A stretch of DNA of 63,992 nt, the filler included, from a bacterium (GTDB lineage Bacteria > UBA9089 > CG2-30-40-21 > SBAY01): the NCBI GenBank assembly GCA_040757115.1. It is 7 parts of 7 records of this genome, joined end to end, with 100 filler letters (N's around TTAATTAATTAA, not from the genome) between each part and the next. Parts side by side here need not be neighbours in the genome. Positions count along the whole stretch, not along the records: positions 1 to 29,608 come from JBFLYA010000022.1; 6 more parts are not named here. The stretch is one strand, 5' to 3'. Positions within the stretch are counted from its first letter, which is position 1; each line of letters opens with the position of its first letter. The notes under the pieces were generated by a model that saw only the letters and a list, made by a program, of their open reading frames with translations, had not been told where the DNA came from and searched no databases. This document shows, piece by piece, positions 1 to 10,044 of the stretch. Made by a program: the position numbers and the translations under genes.

Positions 1-128
1 TCTTTTATAGTTAATATGACCGTCCTCCAGTTATATTCAGGCAAATATTTAGAAAAATTTAACACCCTCATTGTGCTACTTCTTCCTGAGGGAGGAAAAT
101 CAAAAGTAATTAGAAGAAGATTTTTCAT
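1..128 (-). CDS. Glycosyltransferase family 4, N-terminus (runs off window start)
   Basis: Manual translation MKNLLLITFDFPPSGRSSTMRVLNFSKYLPEYNWRTVILTIK matches the GT4 N-terminal pattern; TTGACC-17-TATATT promoter at 190-162. Confidence 0.7.
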   Translation of the reverse strand, partial: MKNLLLITFDFPPSGRSSTMRVLNFSKYLPEYNWRTVILTIK

Positions 129-253
129 TTATTTTCATTATCCTTTTGGCAATATAAAGAGAATATACCATAAATCTTCATCCAGGTCAATAGATTTTTG
201 AAAAAAGTGATAAATTGAAAGTAAAAAACATATTACCGACCACCGATAGATGA

Positions 254-2575
254 TTACTTCTTTTTCTGTTCCTCAATCATCCGAATTAAATTTTTAGCAT
301 AGGCATTATTTGGGTCTATCTCTAATACTTTCGTAAACTCTAAATATGCCTCTTGAAATCGTCTTTGTTGAAAATAGATAGAGCCAAGATTTTTACGCGG
401 CTCTATATTTTGAGGGGCAATCCGAATCATCTCCTGACATTCCTTAATTACTTCCGTGATATTCTTTTCATCATAGTAAATTCGGGCAAGATTATTATGT
501 GCCTCAAAATTATCCGGGTTTGTCGTGATAAGTTTTTTAAGCAGTGCCTTTGTCTGTTCTGTCTTACCCTGGAGAGTGTATATTTTAGATAGATTATCAA
601 GAGATAAACCACATTCAGGATTTACTTCTAATCCTTGTTTAAACAGTTTGATTGCCTTATCATATTTCTTTTGGCTTATATAGATTGTCCCTAATTTACC
701 CCGGACATCGGTAAAAAACGGGTCAAATTCCAATACCTTTTGATACTCGGAAATAGTCTTATCTATTTGGTCATCCTGGCTATAAGCAACACCAAGTAAG
801 TTATGGAAAATAGTATCTTCGGGGTAAATTTTTGTAATCTTTTCCCCGGCTTCAATTGCCTTTTTAATATTTTCTTTAAAAGTTTGAGTGGTATCTAAAT
901 ATGCATGTAAGATATGTTCGTAATAATGCCTTTCATAAGGATTTAAGAGTAATGCCTTTTCAAATCCTGGGATGGAATCAACTACTGCCCCTCCAAAATA
1001 AAGGTCTCTGCCTTGTTTAAATTCAATGTCGGCAGAATAAATATTAATCGTGAACCTGGTGATAGCAATCATTGGGAGAATAATAATTATGAAGATAACT
1101 AACTTAATCCATCTGGGGATTTCAGGCAGGGAAATAGATGCTGTCCCCTCTTGACTATTAAGCCTTGCCACAACACCACAGAAGATAAAAAAAATAGATG
1201 TGCTGGGAATTATCCAGAAACAGGATTGACTCTGAACAAAATAACCTACCCCCGCACAAAAAAGACCTATGTTCACAAGCCTATTTTCTTTATTTACCGC
1301 AAAAGCCCCTTTCAGGCAGAGCCCGAAGAAGATAATCAGCATCCACAAGTATGCCCCTAATCCTAAAAGTCCTTTTGCTAAGGTTAAATCTATAATATCA
1401 TTATGAACTCGGTCCGGCCTCCCATATTGTCCTCCTTCGGTCAGAATAAGTTCTAAAGAGCGATATTGTGGATAGATAAGTCCAAATGTCTCTGGACCGA
1501 TACCGAGCAGGGGATAATCCTTAATAATTCTAAATGAATCTCGCCACATAATGGGTCTCGCCCCTCCACTGGCTCTCAATCTTCTGGTAAATTCTGTCTC
1601 AATAGAAGTCGTAGGCATCTCTTCATCTACCTTAACAGCCTCATTAACCATTTGTAAGATTCTTCCAAATGAAGAGGTTTCAGGTTTAAGATTGAAATAT
1701 CCAGCTACAACTATAAGAATGCTTAAGGGAATAATTACCTTTTTTGTGATAAAGATATGTTTTATTACCAGGGATAAGCACAGAAAAGCAATCATTGAAA
1801 GCCCACATCCAATAGATGCCCCTCGTCCCTTACTTAAACATAAACCGGCTAAAATAAGAGCTAAACACATTCCGTAAAACCAGGGACTAATTTTGATAGA
1901 AATGGTGACAGGGAATTGAGTTAACTGTTTAATTTTATCCGCGATATTTTTAATCTTAATCGCTGGTTTTTTTTGGATCTTTAGTTCCTGCAAACATAAA
2001 GCAAAGGCAATAGGAACTAAAGTAGCGGTATAAGCACCTAAATAAACAGGATTACCAAAAGTTGAGAAGACACGATTGGCATCATAGGCACCCCATCCCA
2101 CTAAATCACGGTTTAGATGTTGCATTAATCCATAAAAACCGATTAAACCACCTGTAAAAACAGTTATATTTAATATTCGATAAATAGAATCCTGATTTAA
2201 GAAGTTTACCACAACATAAAACAGAAAAAGATAATTAATAAAGGTAATCAATCCTTCATAGCGATAATAGGCACCAACCAGGCTTAAATAAGGATTTTTA
2301 GAGGATATAGTGGCGGCAATACTCACGACAAGAAAAGCAAAAAGTGGCAGGTCAAATTTAGTCTGAAAGAATTTAATCTGTTTAGACAGGAAAAACTTTA
2401 CTAACCAGGTTAAAAGGATAATTCCAGAGAAAAGGTGCATCAAGGCTAATTTGCCTATCATTACTCCACTTAATCTCAAGTCAATAAACCAGGGAACTGA
2501 AATGATAAGTAGCATTAAGTTAATTTCTACGATTAGATTATAATAATCAAAATTCTTTTTCGACTTCTTGCTCAT
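254..2575 (-). CDS. O-antigen ligase (Wzy_C) family membrane protein with C-terminal TPR repeats
   Basis: Multi-TM N-terminus with STFGNPVYLG, R..MWRDSFRIIKDYPLLGIGPETF and DRVHND motifs; TPR repeats in the last ~250 aa. Confidence 0.85.
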   Translation of the reverse strand: MSKKSKKNFDYYNLIVEINLMLLIISVPWFIDLRLSGVMIGKLALMHLFSGIILLTWLVKFFLSKQIKFFQTKFDLPLFAFLVVSIAATISSKNPYLSLVGAYYRYEGLITFINYLFLFYVVVNFLNQDSIYRILNITVFTGGLIGFYGLMQHLNRDLVGWGAYDANRVFSTFGNPVYLGAYTATLVPIAFALCLQELKIQKKPAIKIKNIADKIKQLTQFPVTISIKISPWFYGMCLALILAGLCLSKGRGASIGCGLSMIAFLCLSLVIKHIFITKKVIIPLSILIVVAGYFNLKPETSSFGRILQMVNEAVKVDEEMPTTSIETEFTRRLRASGGARPIMWRDSFRIIKDYPLLGIGPETFGLIYPQYRSLELILTEGGQYGRPDRVHNDIIDLTLAKGLLGLGAYLWMLIIFFGLCLKGAFAVNKENRLVNIGLFCAGVGYFVQSQSCFWIIPSTSIFFIFCGVVARLNSQEGTASISLPEIPRWIKLVIFIIIILPMIAITRFTINIYSADIEFKQGRDLYFGGAVVDSIPGFEKALLLNPYERHYYEHILHAYLDTTQTFKENIKKAIEAGEKITKIYPEDTIFHNLLGVAYSQDDQIDKTISEYQKVLEFDPFFTDVRGKLGTIYISQKKYDKAIKLFKQGLEVNPECGLSLDNLSKIYTLQGKTEQTKALLKKLITTNPDNFEAHNNLARIYYDEKNITEVIKECQEMIRIAPQNIEPRKNLGSIYFQQRRFQEAYLEFTKVLEIDPNNAYAKNLIRMIEEQKKK

Positions 2576-2584
2576 TGTTTTATA

Positions 2585-2613
2585 AGTATACTCGGAATAT
2601 TAAGTATTGTCAA
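2585..2613 (-). promoter_or_regulatory. sigma70 promoter TTGACA-17-TATACT, 9 nt upstream of ATG
   Basis: Consensus hexamers at 17-bp spacing; no Shine-Dalgarno fits before the ATG at 2575. Confidence 0.65.
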
Positions 2614-2686
2614 TATAATTCATATTACCACTCGCAATTTTTCTTGACATTCTTAGACAAAGGTGATAATGTATAATAGAATTTTG

Positions 2687-2954
2687 GTAACTATTCACCA
2701 CGAAGGGCACGGAGAGCACGAAGTGAAATTTGATGAATTATCGAATAGAGTCATTGGATGCGCTATAGCGGTGCATCGAACTCTTGGGCCAGGTTTGCTT
2801 GAATCCACTTACGAACAATGCTTGTCCAGAGAGATGAATCTTTCAGGGATATCATTCAAACTACAGTCTCCTTTGTCTGTTGAGTATAAAGGCATAAAGA
2901 GATTTGTTCTGTAACATCTCCCTGCCCTTCGTGCTCTTCGTGGTGAATAGTTAC
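2687..2954. mobile_element. GTAAC-ended miniature element carrying a deleted GxxExxY gene
   Basis: Terminal inverted repeats GTAACTATTCACCACGAAG / CTTCGTGGTGAATAGTTAC with CACGAAG 9-mer arrays; same ends recur at 17544, 23092 and 46363; no target duplication found. Confidence 0.75.
2723..2914 (+). pseudogene. GxxExxY protein (PD-(D/E)XK-like), internally deleted
   Basis: VIGCAIAVHRTLGPGLLESTYEQCL (GxxExxY motif) joined directly after VEYK to the family C-terminus GIKRFVL*; central catalytic part missing. Confidence 0.8.
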
Positions 2955-2972
2955 CAATATTTTAAACCAAAT

Positions 2973-3950
2973 ATGAAAAGAAAAAAAATAGTTATTGTCT
3001 CTTTAATCCTTATTGTATTATCCCTGCTGATATTATTCCTGCTTAAAACAGAAGACAGAATCCTTGTTGCCCGAACAATTGTTATACCAAAAGGTGTCTC
3101 GGCAAAGAATATTGCAAAGAATCTGGAAGAAGAAGGAATAATTAAGAATCAAACTGTATTTCTTATTCTGGCAAAAATTTCTGGGGCAAGCAAGAGATTT
3201 AAGGCGGGTGAGTATGAATTAAATAATAGGATGAAGATGACCGAGATTATTGAAAGGCTAAAGAGAGGAAAGAGAATAATTCATCGGCTCATTATCCCTG
3301 AAGGCTATACATTAAAAGATATAGCCAATCTATTAGAAAAAAATGGCTTTGCCAATAAATATAAATTCCTCAATCTTTGCTATGACCCAACCTTTATGGA
3401 TAAGTTTTCTATAAATTCGTCCAGTTTAGAGGGTTATCTATTCCCGGATACATATTTTTTGCATAAGGGAATGGATGAAGAAGAAATAATTTCTCTAATG
3501 GTAACAAGATTTAATGAAGTGGTAAAAAAAGAGATTAAAGATGAGTCGATTCATAAGATTATCACCCTTGCTTCAATTATTGAAAAAGAAGCAAAGATTA
3601 AAAAGGAATACCCCATTATTTCGGCTGTTTTTCAAAATCGTCTAAAGATGGGAATGCCTTTGGAATCTTGTGCCACTGTTTTATATGCCTCAGGAGAGCG
3701 AAAAGAGTGGCTTTCTACTGAAGACACAAAAATACCATCACCTTATAATACTTATCTTCAACCTGGCCTGCCGCAGGGCCCAATCTGCAATCCTGGTATG
3801 ACGGCCATTAAAGCCGCCCTAAATCCTGCAGATGTAGATTATCTCTATTTTGTTTCAAATGGTGATGGAAGTCATACCTTCTCAAAAACCGGCAGTGAGC
3901 ATATTTTTTATAAAAACAATAGGACAAATTGCACTAATAATCACTCTTAA
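2973..3950 (+). CDS. mltG: Endolytic transglycosylase MltG (YceG family)
   Basis: N-terminal TM; IPEG, LEGYLFPDTY, LASIIEKEA, SPYNTY, PICNPG, YLYFVS motifs; start moved to ATG 2973 because upstream codons are element-derived. Confidence 0.93.
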   Translation: MKRKKIVIVSLILIVLSLLILFLLKTEDRILVARTIVIPKGVSAKNIAKNLEEEGIIKNQTVFLILAKISGASKRFKAGEYELNNRMKMTEIIERLKRGKRIIHRLIIPEGYTLKDIANLLEKNGFANKYKFLNLCYDPTFMDKFSINSSSLEGYLFPDTYFLHKGMDEEEIISLMVTRFNEVVKKEIKDESIHKIITLASIIEKEAKIKKEYPIISAVFQNRLKMGMPLESCATVLYASGERKEWLSTEDTKIPSPYNTYLQPGLPQGPICNPGMTAIKAALNPADVDYLYFVSNGDGSHTFSKTGSEHIFYKNNRTNCTNNHS

Positions 3951-3976
3951 AAAATCCTAAAATTACAAAAAAAACC

Positions 3977-4005
3977 TTGACACAAAAAGAGAAATCTGGT
4001 ATTAT
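3977..4005 (+). promoter_or_regulatory. sigma70 promoter TTGACA-17-TATTAT (extended -10) for A2M-pbpC
   Basis: Consensus spacing; AAGGAGG RBS before ATG 4050. Confidence 0.7.
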
Positions 4006-4049
4006 TAAAACATAATGGGAATAACTACTTACAATAAGGAGGATTCAAA

Positions 4050-7000
4050 ATGTTTTGGAAACAGATTTGGGAAAAAATCAAACAACATAAAATTCTAACC
4101 TTATCCTTAATTATTATTGCTCTCTTTGGAGTATCTCTATTCTTAATAAAAGAAAAACCAATCCCTTTAGTCGAAAAGATAAAATCAATAAAAATCCCCC
4201 TACCATTTCAACGAAAACCAGTTAAAAAAGAGTTTCAGATAACTATGCAGCCTGAAGGACTCCTCAAGGAATTTCCCAAAGAGATTACATTTTACTTTGA
4301 AGAAGGATATGCAGAGGCATCTGGGTTGAAGATAGAGGATATCTCCAATTCTATAAAGATAGAGCCAAAGATAAAAACCTCTGGAACATGGATAAATGAG
4401 TGGATATTTCAAGCCTCTTTTCTGGAAAACCTCAAGCCTGAAACAAAATATGAAGTAGAAATATATAGCATCCCTCTAACTATTCCAAAAGCAATCCCTC
4501 ACCAAAAGTTTAGTTTTACTACACCAGGTTTTACCGCCCAAATCTTTCTTAGCTCTTATGAAAACCAGAAACCCAGAATTTTATTAGACTTTACCTTCGA
4601 ACCAGTATTAGAGAAGATAACGCAATATCTTGAGATTCACAATTCAAAGGGAAAAAGGATAACACCATCAGCGATAGAAAAAGTTCAGGGAAAACCTAAT
4701 GAGGTCATTTTCTCTCTGCCAATCATAGAGAAAGCGGATGAGTTCTCTATTGTTTTAAAGAAAGGTCTTCCCTGCACATCCGGTTTCTTTTTAAAGAATA
4801 ATATCCAGGCAAAGATTCCTGTAAGCCCAATAACGATGTCCATAACCGAGCATAGAATTGAAGAAGCAGATGATGGGTATCTGGTGGTATTTTCTGCGGC
4901 ATCGGATGTTGAGAAGAATATTGACCTGGTGATAGATGAGAAGAATATCTCGCATTTTATAAATATAACCCCAGAAATTCCTCTTGATATTACCACCTCA
5001 AGAAATAGAATCTATATTTTATCCTCTAATTTTCTACCTCAAAAAGAATATACAATTACCTTAAGACCAGGGATAAGGAGTAAAAAAGGAAGCCTGCTTA
5101 AGGAGGAATATACCTGCACATTTACCACTCCAGAAAAGAAGCGAAAACTTCAATTCATCTATTCGGGAAGACATTTTGGAAAAACAGGAAACTGGAATCT
5201 TCCTTTAAAGGTAACAGGTATAAAAAAACTAAACCTTGATGTAGTCTATCTCCCTCCCGAGAATACCCTGTTTTGGCACTTGAGAAATTGGAGTCGCACA
5301 GATTATTTCTGGGATTTGGGCGAAGAGGTTATCAAAGATAGTCCTATTTCTGTTGAAAAAGATGGCATATTATGGATAAACCTCAAGGACTATCTAAAGG
5401 ATACACAGCCAGGAACATATCTTGTAAGAACTCGCAGTGTAGAGGGAAAGTATGTGGAGGATAATATTATTGTTGTCCTTTCTGATTTATCCATTGTGGC
5501 AAAGTGGTTTAAGAAAGACCTCCAGGTCTGGTGCTTCAATTCATCAAACCTCAAGCCTGAGGATAATGTTGATATTGAGGTAAGGACTTCAAAGAATTTT
5601 GTCTTCGGAAAAGGGACGACCGATGCCGATGGTAAATGCCATATATCTTCCCCAAAAGAGGAAAGACAACCTTACATCATCTTTGCCAAAAAGGGTGATG
5701 AATGGACATATTTATACATTCCCGGGTTGTCTATCCCTCTATCAGAATACGACATTCAAGGTGAAGACCCTGAAATACCATACCTCGCCTATATCTATCC
5801 TGAGCGGGAACTCTACAGACCAGGAGAAACTGCCAATGTTGGCGTTCTGGTCAGGGAAAGAAATTCATTCAAAGGTGTATCTATACCTGTCAAGATAAAC
5901 ATAAGAGACCCAAAGGGCAATAACTTCCTTTCCTTATCCGGGAAAACTGATGAATATGGACTTTGCACCTTTGTCATTCCTACATCTGCCTCATCTCCTA
6001 CAGGTAAATATATCATCGAGCTTATAGCAGGAGATAAGACACTCTATACCACAGGTATATTTGTTGAATGTTTTGTTCCTGAAAGAATGAGAGTCAATCT
6101 CTCTTTACCCAAAGGGGCATTTGACCCATATAAACCATTTCCTTTAAAGATAGCCGCAGAATACCTTTTTGGTGCTCCTGCTGATAATGAAGAATACCAC
6201 GGTAAGGCAAGGTTTGAAGAGACACCATTCAAATCCTCTGGATATCTTAACTATTCCTTTGGACCAGTCTATTTGGAAAAAGAAAAACCACCTGTTTATG
6301 AAGAGGCAATTGATGAAGGAAATCTTGATGAAAAAGGAGAGGCAAGTGTAGATGTTTGTATCCCTCCAGAGGTTAAATTTAATAACCCGATTCTATTTAT
6401 CGGAAATGTTGAGGTTGAAGAGGGAGGAAGTGGAAGGGTTACCAGAAAAAGGATAACAAAAGAAATTTACACCAAGCCATTTTATATTGGGATAAATCCC
6501 GATGTAACGAGAATAATAGAGAATAAACCCTGCAATGTCTCTGGTGTTCTCTTGAAACCCAAAGGAGATTTTTATCAGAAAAAGACTACATTGTATTACC
6601 AGATATTCAGACTCTCTTATCACTATAGCTATAGATATTGGGACGATGACAATTGGAAGGCAATACTTAATAAAATTCCAGTAACACAAAAGAAGATTCT
6701 TTCTACAAGTGATGGTAAGTTTGCCTTTTCATTTACAGCAAAAACATCATGGGCTGATTACCTGATAGAGGTTGGCAATGAAGATAATGATGTTTTATCC
6801 CAAACAAAAGTCTGTGGCTGGGGTTGGTGGTGGGGTGAAGATGAAGAAACGACAGAATCCCCTGAGGTTCTTTCTTTAAGGCTGGATAAGAAGGAATATG
6901 ATGTAGGAGAAGAGGTCAAGGTTTCAGCATCTTTACCATTTGAAGGAAATATCCTCTGGACGGTTGAGTTGGATAAAGTATATGAATCCTCTTTTCAAGA

Positions 7001-9416
7001 GGCAAAGGGGAAGATAGCTAATTGGTCATTTAATGCACCAAAAGGGGTCTCAACTGTTTATGTTACAGGTTTATTGGTCAGGTCGGGTGAAAACTATTTA
7101 GTCCAGCGGGCATTTGGTGTTTGCAGGGTAAAAATCAGACCGAAAGAACTTAAATTGGCATTAGATATTGAGTCAGTATCTCAAATGAAACCTCAGACAG
7201 AACTCCTTATCAAAGTAAAGGCTCAAGAGAAATTTAAGGCAACGATTGCGGTTGTTGATGAAGGCATACTTCAAATAACAGATTTCAAAACCCCAGACCC
7301 TTACGAAGGCATCCTGCGGAATTTAAGACTTTGCATCAATTCTTGTGAATCATTTGGTTGGCTTGTAAAGAAATTTATGGAAAGACCAGGTGGCGGATTT
7401 ATGGCTCGTGAAAAGGAGTTTCCAGAGGCAAGATTTGCCAGAATAGTCTCTTTTTGGAGTAAAATACAGGAGAGCGACAAGGATGGAAATGTTATTTATA
7501 AAGTAAAGATTCCTCAGTATAATGGAAAACTTCGAGTAATGGCTGTGGCAGTGGGAAAGGATAGTTTTTCTTCAGCGGAAAAAGGAGTTGTAGTAAAAAG
7601 CAATGTGATTATTTCACCAACTATACCCAGATTTATGTCTTCAAACGATACATTCTCATTCCCAATCACTTTAATAAATACAACAAAGAAAGAAGAAAGG
7701 GTTGATATTTCTATTGCGGCAAGTGGTGCTTGTGTCAATCCGAACGGAATTGACCTTTTCCTCTCTGCTAATGAAAAAAGAACACTCTGGTTTAATGGCA
7801 AAGCAGATGATGTGCCTGGGGCAATATCAATAAAAATAAAGGCAAAATCCAGGACAGAAACCTATCAGGAAGATTTTGTCATTCCATTATACCCGGATGT
7901 GCCATATCTTACCCAGTCTGACTATGTTGATATTAAACCCAATCAATCCGTAGATTTGACACCCTATCTTAAAAATTGGTATCCAAGGGCACATACAAGT
8001 AAGATTGTTCTCTCATCTTGTCCCGGTATGTCAAGACTTTCTCATGCGAAGTATGCCATTGGCTATCCTTATGGCTGTATTGAGCAGACATCTACATCAC
8101 TTCTGGTTCTTTTAAGGCTTTCTTCACTCCTGCCCATTATTGCACCAGATATATCAAAGGAAAAATATGTCGATATGGTCAATCATGGAATAAGAAGGCT
8201 TATTTCTATGCAGACAATCTCAGGTGCCCTTTCTTTCTGGCCAGGGGAAGATAGTGAGGCATCACCATATTCAAATGCCTATGCTTGCTTTGTTCTTCTT
8301 GAGGCAAAAGCAAGTGGCTTTCTTGTTCCTGAGAGTATTATTTCTTCCCTCTTATCATGGCTTGATAGGATTGATGATAAGAATGGATATAGATTTTATG
8401 TTCTGGCAAAGGGTGGTCTGCTTAAGAAAAAGCCTGATGCCGTAGATAGACTTATGGCACAAGGAGACAAAAAGGAGTTTTCCTCAAAAGACCTTCTCTG
8501 GATAGCCGCAAGCCTACACCAAATTGGGAAGGTAGGGAAGGCGAAAGAATTTTTACAAGAGTCCCTCAAAACACCACCAGAAAATATAAGAAGATACTAC
8601 GATGATTTCTACAGTTCCTTACAACAATTGGGGATGAGACTTTATGTGGTTAATGATATGATGTCAAATTCAGGATTAGAAAACAGATTGGTTAATGAAC
8701 TTATAACTAACCTTTCCCATAGAGAAAGTTACTGGTACACAACTCAGGAGCTTGCCTGGGGACTTGTTGCCCTCGGAAGGTATGTCGAGAGAAGACAGAG
8801 AGGAGAATTTTCTGGGGAAATTGAAATGAATAAAAAGATTTTATTGCCAAAGAAGGAAAAGTATGGTTTATTATGGATACTTAAAAATCCAGGAGAGAAG
8901 GATGTAATCTTAAAGACAAAATCAGATACATCCCTTTTCTTAAACATAGAAAATACTGGCTTTTGTAGTGAAAAGAGGACATTTGAACCGTATTCAAAGA
9001 ATATATCTATTGAAAGAAAGGTGTTTGATTACTATGGAAGGGAGATTACCTCATCATCTTGCGGAAAGCAGGCTATAGTAGAATTGAAGGTCTGGTCGGA
9101 TAATTGTTATGATAATGTGGCAGTTGAACTTCCTATCCCTGCTGGTTTTGAGATAGAAAATCCAAGACTTACCAAAGATAGCCTTCCAAATTGGGCATCT
9201 GAAAAAGAAAATCTCTGGATGCCAAATTATGTTGATATAAGGGATGATCGGGCAATAATATTTGGAAGGACTGCAAAAGAACCTCATTTTTATTACATCC
9301 AGGTAAGGGTAACCACACCTGGGATTTTCTTCTTCCCACCCGCACAGGCAATGGCAATGTATGACCCGGAGGTAAGGGCAAATACTGCCGCAGGAAGATT
9401 TGAGATAGAGAGATAG
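4050..9416 (+). CDS. Bacterial alpha-2-macroglobulin (YfhM-like)
   Basis: 1788 aa; MG2 motif LYRPGE, AVVDEGILQIT, thioester YPYGCIEQ, C-terminal PAGFEIEN and AMYDP; pbpC downstream. Confidence 0.93.
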   Translation: MFWKQIWEKIKQHKILTLSLIIIALFGVSLFLIKEKPIPLVEKIKSIKIPLPFQRKPVKKEFQITMQPEGLLKEFPKEITFYFEEGYAEASGLKIEDISNSIKIEPKIKTSGTWINEWIFQASFLENLKPETKYEVEIYSIPLTIPKAIPHQKFSFTTPGFTAQIFLSSYENQKPRILLDFTFEPVLEKITQYLEIHNSKGKRITPSAIEKVQGKPNEVIFSLPIIEKADEFSIVLKKGLPCTSGFFLKNNIQAKIPVSPITMSITEHRIEEADDGYLVVFSAASDVEKNIDLVIDEKNISHFINITPEIPLDITTSRNRIYILSSNFLPQKEYTITLRPGIRSKKGSLLKEEYTCTFTTPEKKRKLQFIYSGRHFGKTGNWNLPLKVTGIKKLNLDVVYLPPENTLFWHLRNWSRTDYFWDLGEEVIKDSPISVEKDGILWINLKDYLKDTQPGTYLVRTRSVEGKYVEDNIIVVLSDLSIVAKWFKKDLQVWCFNSSNLKPEDNVDIEVRTSKNFVFGKGTTDADGKCHISSPKEERQPYIIFAKKGDEWTYLYIPGLSIPLSEYDIQGEDPEIPYLAYIYPERELYRPGETANVGVLVRERNSFKGVSIPVKINIRDPKGNNFLSLSGKTDEYGLCTFVIPTSASSPTGKYIIELIAGDKTLYTTGIFVECFVPERMRVNLSLPKGAFDPYKPFPLKIAAEYLFGAPADNEEYHGKARFEETPFKSSGYLNYSFGPVYLEKEKPPVYEEAIDEGNLDEKGEASVDVCIPPEVKFNNPILFIGNVEVEEGGSGRVTRKRITKEIYTKPFYIGINPDVTRIIENKPCNVSGVLLKPKGDFYQKKTTLYYQIFRLSYHYSYRYWDDDNWKAILNKIPVTQKKILSTSDGKFAFSFTAKTSWADYLIEVGNEDNDVLSQTKVCGWGWWWGEDEETTESPEVLSLRLDKKEYDVGEEVKVSASLPFEGNILWTVELDKVYESSFQEAKGKIANWSFNAPKGVSTVYVTGLLVRSGENYLVQRAFGVCRVKIRPKELKLALDIESVSQMKPQTELLIKVKAQEKFKATIAVVDEGILQITDFKTPDPYEGILRNLRLCINSCESFGWLVKKFMERPGGGFMAREKEFPEARFARIVSFWSKIQESDKDGNVIYKVKIPQYNGKLRVMAVAVGKDSFSSAEKGVVVKSNVIISPTIPRFMSSNDTFSFPITLINTTKKEERVDISIAASGACVNPNGIDLFLSANEKRTLWFNGKADDVPGAISIKIKAKSRTETYQEDFVIPLYPDVPYLTQSDYVDIKPNQSVDLTPYLKNWYPRAHTSKIVLSSCPGMSRLSHAKYAIGYPYGCIEQTSTSLLVLLRLSSLLPIIAPDISKEKYVDMVNHGIRRLISMQTISGALSFWPGEDSEASPYSNAYACFVLLEAKASGFLVPESIISSLLSWLDRIDDKNGYRFYVLAKGGLLKKKPDAVDRLMAQGDKKEFSSKDLLWIAASLHQIGKVGKAKEFLQESLKTPPENIRRYYDDFYSSLQQLGMRLYVVNDMMSNSGLENRLVNELITNLSHRESYWYTTQELAWGLVALGRYVERRQRGEFSGEIEMNKKILLPKKEKYGLLWILKNPGEKDVILKTKSDTSLFLNIENTGFCSEKRTFEPYSKNISIERKVFDYYGREITSSSCGKQAIVELKVWSDNCYDNVAVELPIPAGFEIENPRLTKDSLPNWASEKENLWMPNYVDIRDDRAIIFGRTAKEPHFYYIQVRVTTPGIFFFPPAQAMAMYDPEVRANTAAGRFEIER

Positions 9417-9425
9417 GACGGGGAA

Positions 9426-9456
9426 ATAGGACATATAGGACATATAAGACATATAA
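9426..9456 (+). repeat. 9-nt tandem array ATA(G/A)GACAT x3.4, left arm
   Basis: ATAGGACAT ATAGGACAT ATAAGACAT ATAA; inverted counterpart at 10052-10087. Confidence 0.8.
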
Positions 9457-9471
9457 AGGAGTATAATAATT

Positions 9472-10044
9472 ATGGTTCCCCCAAATGATTCTGGACAACT
9501 TATTCCTGCTCACGGTGGTTACCGAAACTTACAGAGTTACCAGATGGCGGAGATAGTGTTCGATGCCACGACGGTATTCTGCAAACGATTTGTTGATAGT
9601 CGTTCACGCACTACTGACCAGATGGTGCAGGCGGCGCGCTCTGGCAAACAGAACATTGCTGAAGGCAGTATGGCTTCTGGCACCTCCAGGAAAATCGAAC
9701 TTAAACTTGTCGGCATTGCACGGGCAAGCCTTGAGGAATTGCTGATTGACTATCAGGATTTCCTGCGACAGAAAGGCTTGCCACTCTGGACTAAAGATGA
9801 CCCGCAGGCGAAAAAGATCAGAGGACTGGTTTATGAGAAGAATAAGTCATATATGACTTATAAGACCTATATTGAATTTTCTCCTCCTGATGTTGCGGCA
9901 AACACAGTAATTTGCCTGATTCACCAGACAAACTACCTGCTCGACCAACAATTAAGAGCGTTAGAAAAAGAATTCCTGGAAGAAGGCGGGTTCACAGAAA
10001 GGCTTTACCGCATGCGTTCACAAAAACGCCAGGAGAAAAAATGA
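9472..10044 (+). CDS. Four-helix-bundle protein with suffix domain (IVP/bAvd-like fold)
   Basis: HGGYRNL, DQMVQAARSGKQNIAEGS, ARASLEELLIDYQDFLR and EGGFTERLY motifs. Confidence 0.88.
   Translation: MVPPNDSGQLIPAHGGYRNLQSYQMAEIVFDATTVFCKRFVDSRSRTTDQMVQAARSGKQNIAEGSMASGTSRKIELKLVGIARASLEELLIDYQDFLRQKGLPLWTKDDPQAKKIRGLVYEKNKSYMTYKTYIEFSPPDVAANTVICLIHQTNYLLDQQLRALEKEFLEEGGFTERLYRMRSQKRQEKK

Noticed and set aside
2904-2972. N-terminal extensions in the ORF track for mltG, pbpC (9912), regulator (26934), kinase (29507), AAA ATPase (32930) and folK (49839)
   Set aside because: They derive from element ends, promoters or overlapping genes; downstream ATGs fit the RBS, promoter or family starts better.
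9472-10044. Diversity-generating retroelement (Avd-like gene plus repeats)
   Set aside because: No reverse transcriptase and no template/variable repeat pair with adenine-specific differences was seen in the window.
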